Of a stretch of 64,000 nucleotides of DNA, positions 61,971-64,000 are shown piece by piece. This DNA comes from Lama guanicoe (taxonomy: Eukaryota), in contig MU056216.1 of assembly GCA_013239625.1 (NCBI GenBank), positions 13,790,725-13,854,724 on the forward strand, read 5' to 3'. A program made the position numbers and the translations under genes. The notes beneath the pieces were generated by a model, which searched no databases, was not told where the DNA came from, and worked only from the letters and a program-made list of their open reading frames with translations. The number at the start of each line of letters is the position of its first letter. Within the stretch, counting starts at the first letter, position 1.

Positions 61971-64000
61971 ACGCAGGCCAGCATCCTCTGCCTCCGGATT
62001 CGGTGTTTCCGGGAACCGGGCATGACTGCCATTCAGAGCCTCCCGGGCCCATTCGAGGACAGCACAGCCTTCGATGCACTGACCCCTGTGCCCAGGGGCT
62101 GTGCTGGTTCCTGACCCTCAGGGAAAGGAGGGCTTGGTGGTGGCCCTTGACCCAGTTCGTCCAGGTGCTCGTCCGGGCCTCCGCTTGAGATGAGCGGGGA
62201 GGTGAGGGGGGTTTGGGTCTGTCCTCCACATTTTCCTTATCACTGTCTCCCAGCAGTGTGGATTATGGAGACGTGGCTGATGGAATGTGACTTGGGGTCT
62301 ATGTATGTGTGTATGTGCGAAGCCCTTGTAGGAGTTTTTAACCTTTGTTATAAAAATTTCACACACTCATAAAAGCAGAGCTAATAATACTGTGATTGCC
62401 CCCCCCCCGCCATGTACTTGGCTGCCATAGACATCAGTTGATGCCTGGTTTCTGGTGTTCTGGATTCTGCCAGATGCAACCCTGGGTGTCCTTTAACATT
62501 TCCCCCCAGTCCTGTATTTCCTGTAAACCAGTAGTTACACCTACACAGTTGATCGGGCTTGATTTGTTGTTGTTGCTGTTGTTGAGAATACTCATTTTAT
62601 AGGAGGTGGTCGTGTTTCCACCAAGAGCACGTAATGTTGTGGGCATTTGAAAGCAAAACACATTTGAAAGTAGACCAGTGTTATCACACACAGCTGAAAA
62701 AGGTGAAAACTCACTTACCCAGTAAGTGGACTGAAAATGGGAGTGGTTTACTCTGTGTGGGGCCTTCACAGAAGTCAGTAAATGAATTAGATAACAAACA
62801 GAAGAACGTAAGAACGCTTCTCGGCGATTGGCTTCCTGAAGTAAGAGGATTCCAGAACTGAGTGCTTGTCTTAACTCAGCGTGACTACCTGCTCGCCAGG
62901 ACAGGATGTCAATATTTGAGAACATCCTGGGACAGCCTTGAGCACCATGTGATGGGTGTGTTGAACCAGCACCAGCTTTTCCAGGAACCATACATGGCTC
63001 CTGTTCTATAACAAGGATTTGGGCAGCGCGAGAAGAGTCTCCCAGCGTCAGTATTAAGTGGAAATGGTGCTTCAAACCATCGCCTTCAGTTCCAAGGACA
63101 CGGTGGGTCTGAAGATAAAGGACTGACAGACAGTGTGAAGTGTCTGTGAATTGGGACCCTGTTGGTGGATGAGAACACAAAGAGAAGGTGCCAGAGCCAG
63201 CGTGGGGAGGACAGCTTATGGCACTATCTTGGTCTTGACAATGACATGCCCACCTGTGGGTCTTCTCTCCTGTCTGCAAATTTGGAGACCCCAGTAGTCC
63301 CCGGCTGACCGTGTGATTTCCTGGAACACCAAGGCTTTATAGATCCTTCATCTGAGAGTCCTTTTTATTATTATTTTTTCTCTACGTTTTCCTTGCCTAC
63401 CCAGTGAAAGGGTTCTTTTGAACTCTGTGCGAAGCACCACAGTAGACCTGTAGCAGGGGCACTGAGGCATGAATTCTGCATTTGAAGTTGTTTGGGAACT
63501 TGGAAGAAAGTTGCTGGAGAATTTCACTGCAGGATGCCAAAGTACTTAAAAAAAAAAAAATCAGAAAGCCGAAAGTCCCGCTGAAAATCCTTTTTGAGTT
63601 TCACTCCACCGGAGTGGCCCTCAGTCTCAGGTTTGCTGGGCAGTAAAGATAAGCACTTAGCCTCCCGCTTCTTGGAAGGGCTTATCGGTGTCGGGTTTGG
63701 GGAAAAGCCGCCCCCTGGAAGATGCCTCCGTCGGAGTCTTCACCTAGCCTGGACTTTACCAGGGCTGGTGTCCCCAGGGTTGTGACGTCAGTTCCCTGTC
63801 CCTGTGGGGAGGGGCCATGTTGGGTTGTTGCGGCGAGCACGCCCTGGAGAGGGCAGGAACCGTTTGCCTGCCTGGAGTCGGGCGCCAGCCGGGGGCCCCT
63901 CCCCAGGCCCTCTGCACTTGAGATCACTCAGGGGAACTTTCTCATTATCGCTGTGACCTGCAGGCCCCCAGCTGCGGGTTAATCATCACCCAGCAGGGCT

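Noticed and set aside
62434-63279. Longest ORF in the window (281 aa, minus strand)
   Set aside because: No recognisable domain, non-ATG start, partly over old L1-like sequence and a (TTG)n repeat; most likely a chance ORF.
1-64000. CRISPR arrays, operons, rRNA or prokaryotic defence systems
   Set aside because: The sequence is mammalian intronic and intergenic DNA; I saw no regularly spaced repeat-spacer array or compact gene cluster.

Overview
Mammalian genomic DNA, most likely camelid (camel/alpaca/llama), inferred from eight copies of a tRNA-Ala-derived SINE matching the camelid Vic-1 family. Positions 1-17.5 kb hold the 3' half of USP12 on the + strand: six coding exons (orthologous exons 4-9, all GT-AG, frame intact, ending ...[10 protein letters not shown]) and a ~3.1 kb 3'UTR. 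The remaining ~46 kb has no recognisable protein-coding gene. It is a mosaic of L1, L2, MIR and Vic-1 SINEs, LTRs (four clustered at 31-35.3 kb) and DNA-transposon fossils (Tigger, MER5, MER58), with two orphan CpG-rich islands (~28.5-29.2 kb, ~39.8-40.3 kb) and three assembly gaps. I found no new multi-gene system. The most notable unexplained signals are: two templated-insertion scars inside L1 copies; an unidentified CpG-rich insert within a Tigger13a-like element; a well-preserved 3'UTR MIR carrying a let-7 site; a possible poison 3' splice site before exon 5; and an inverted SINE pair flanking exons 7-8. Repeat family names come from recalled consensus sequences and need Dfam/RepeatMasker confirmation.
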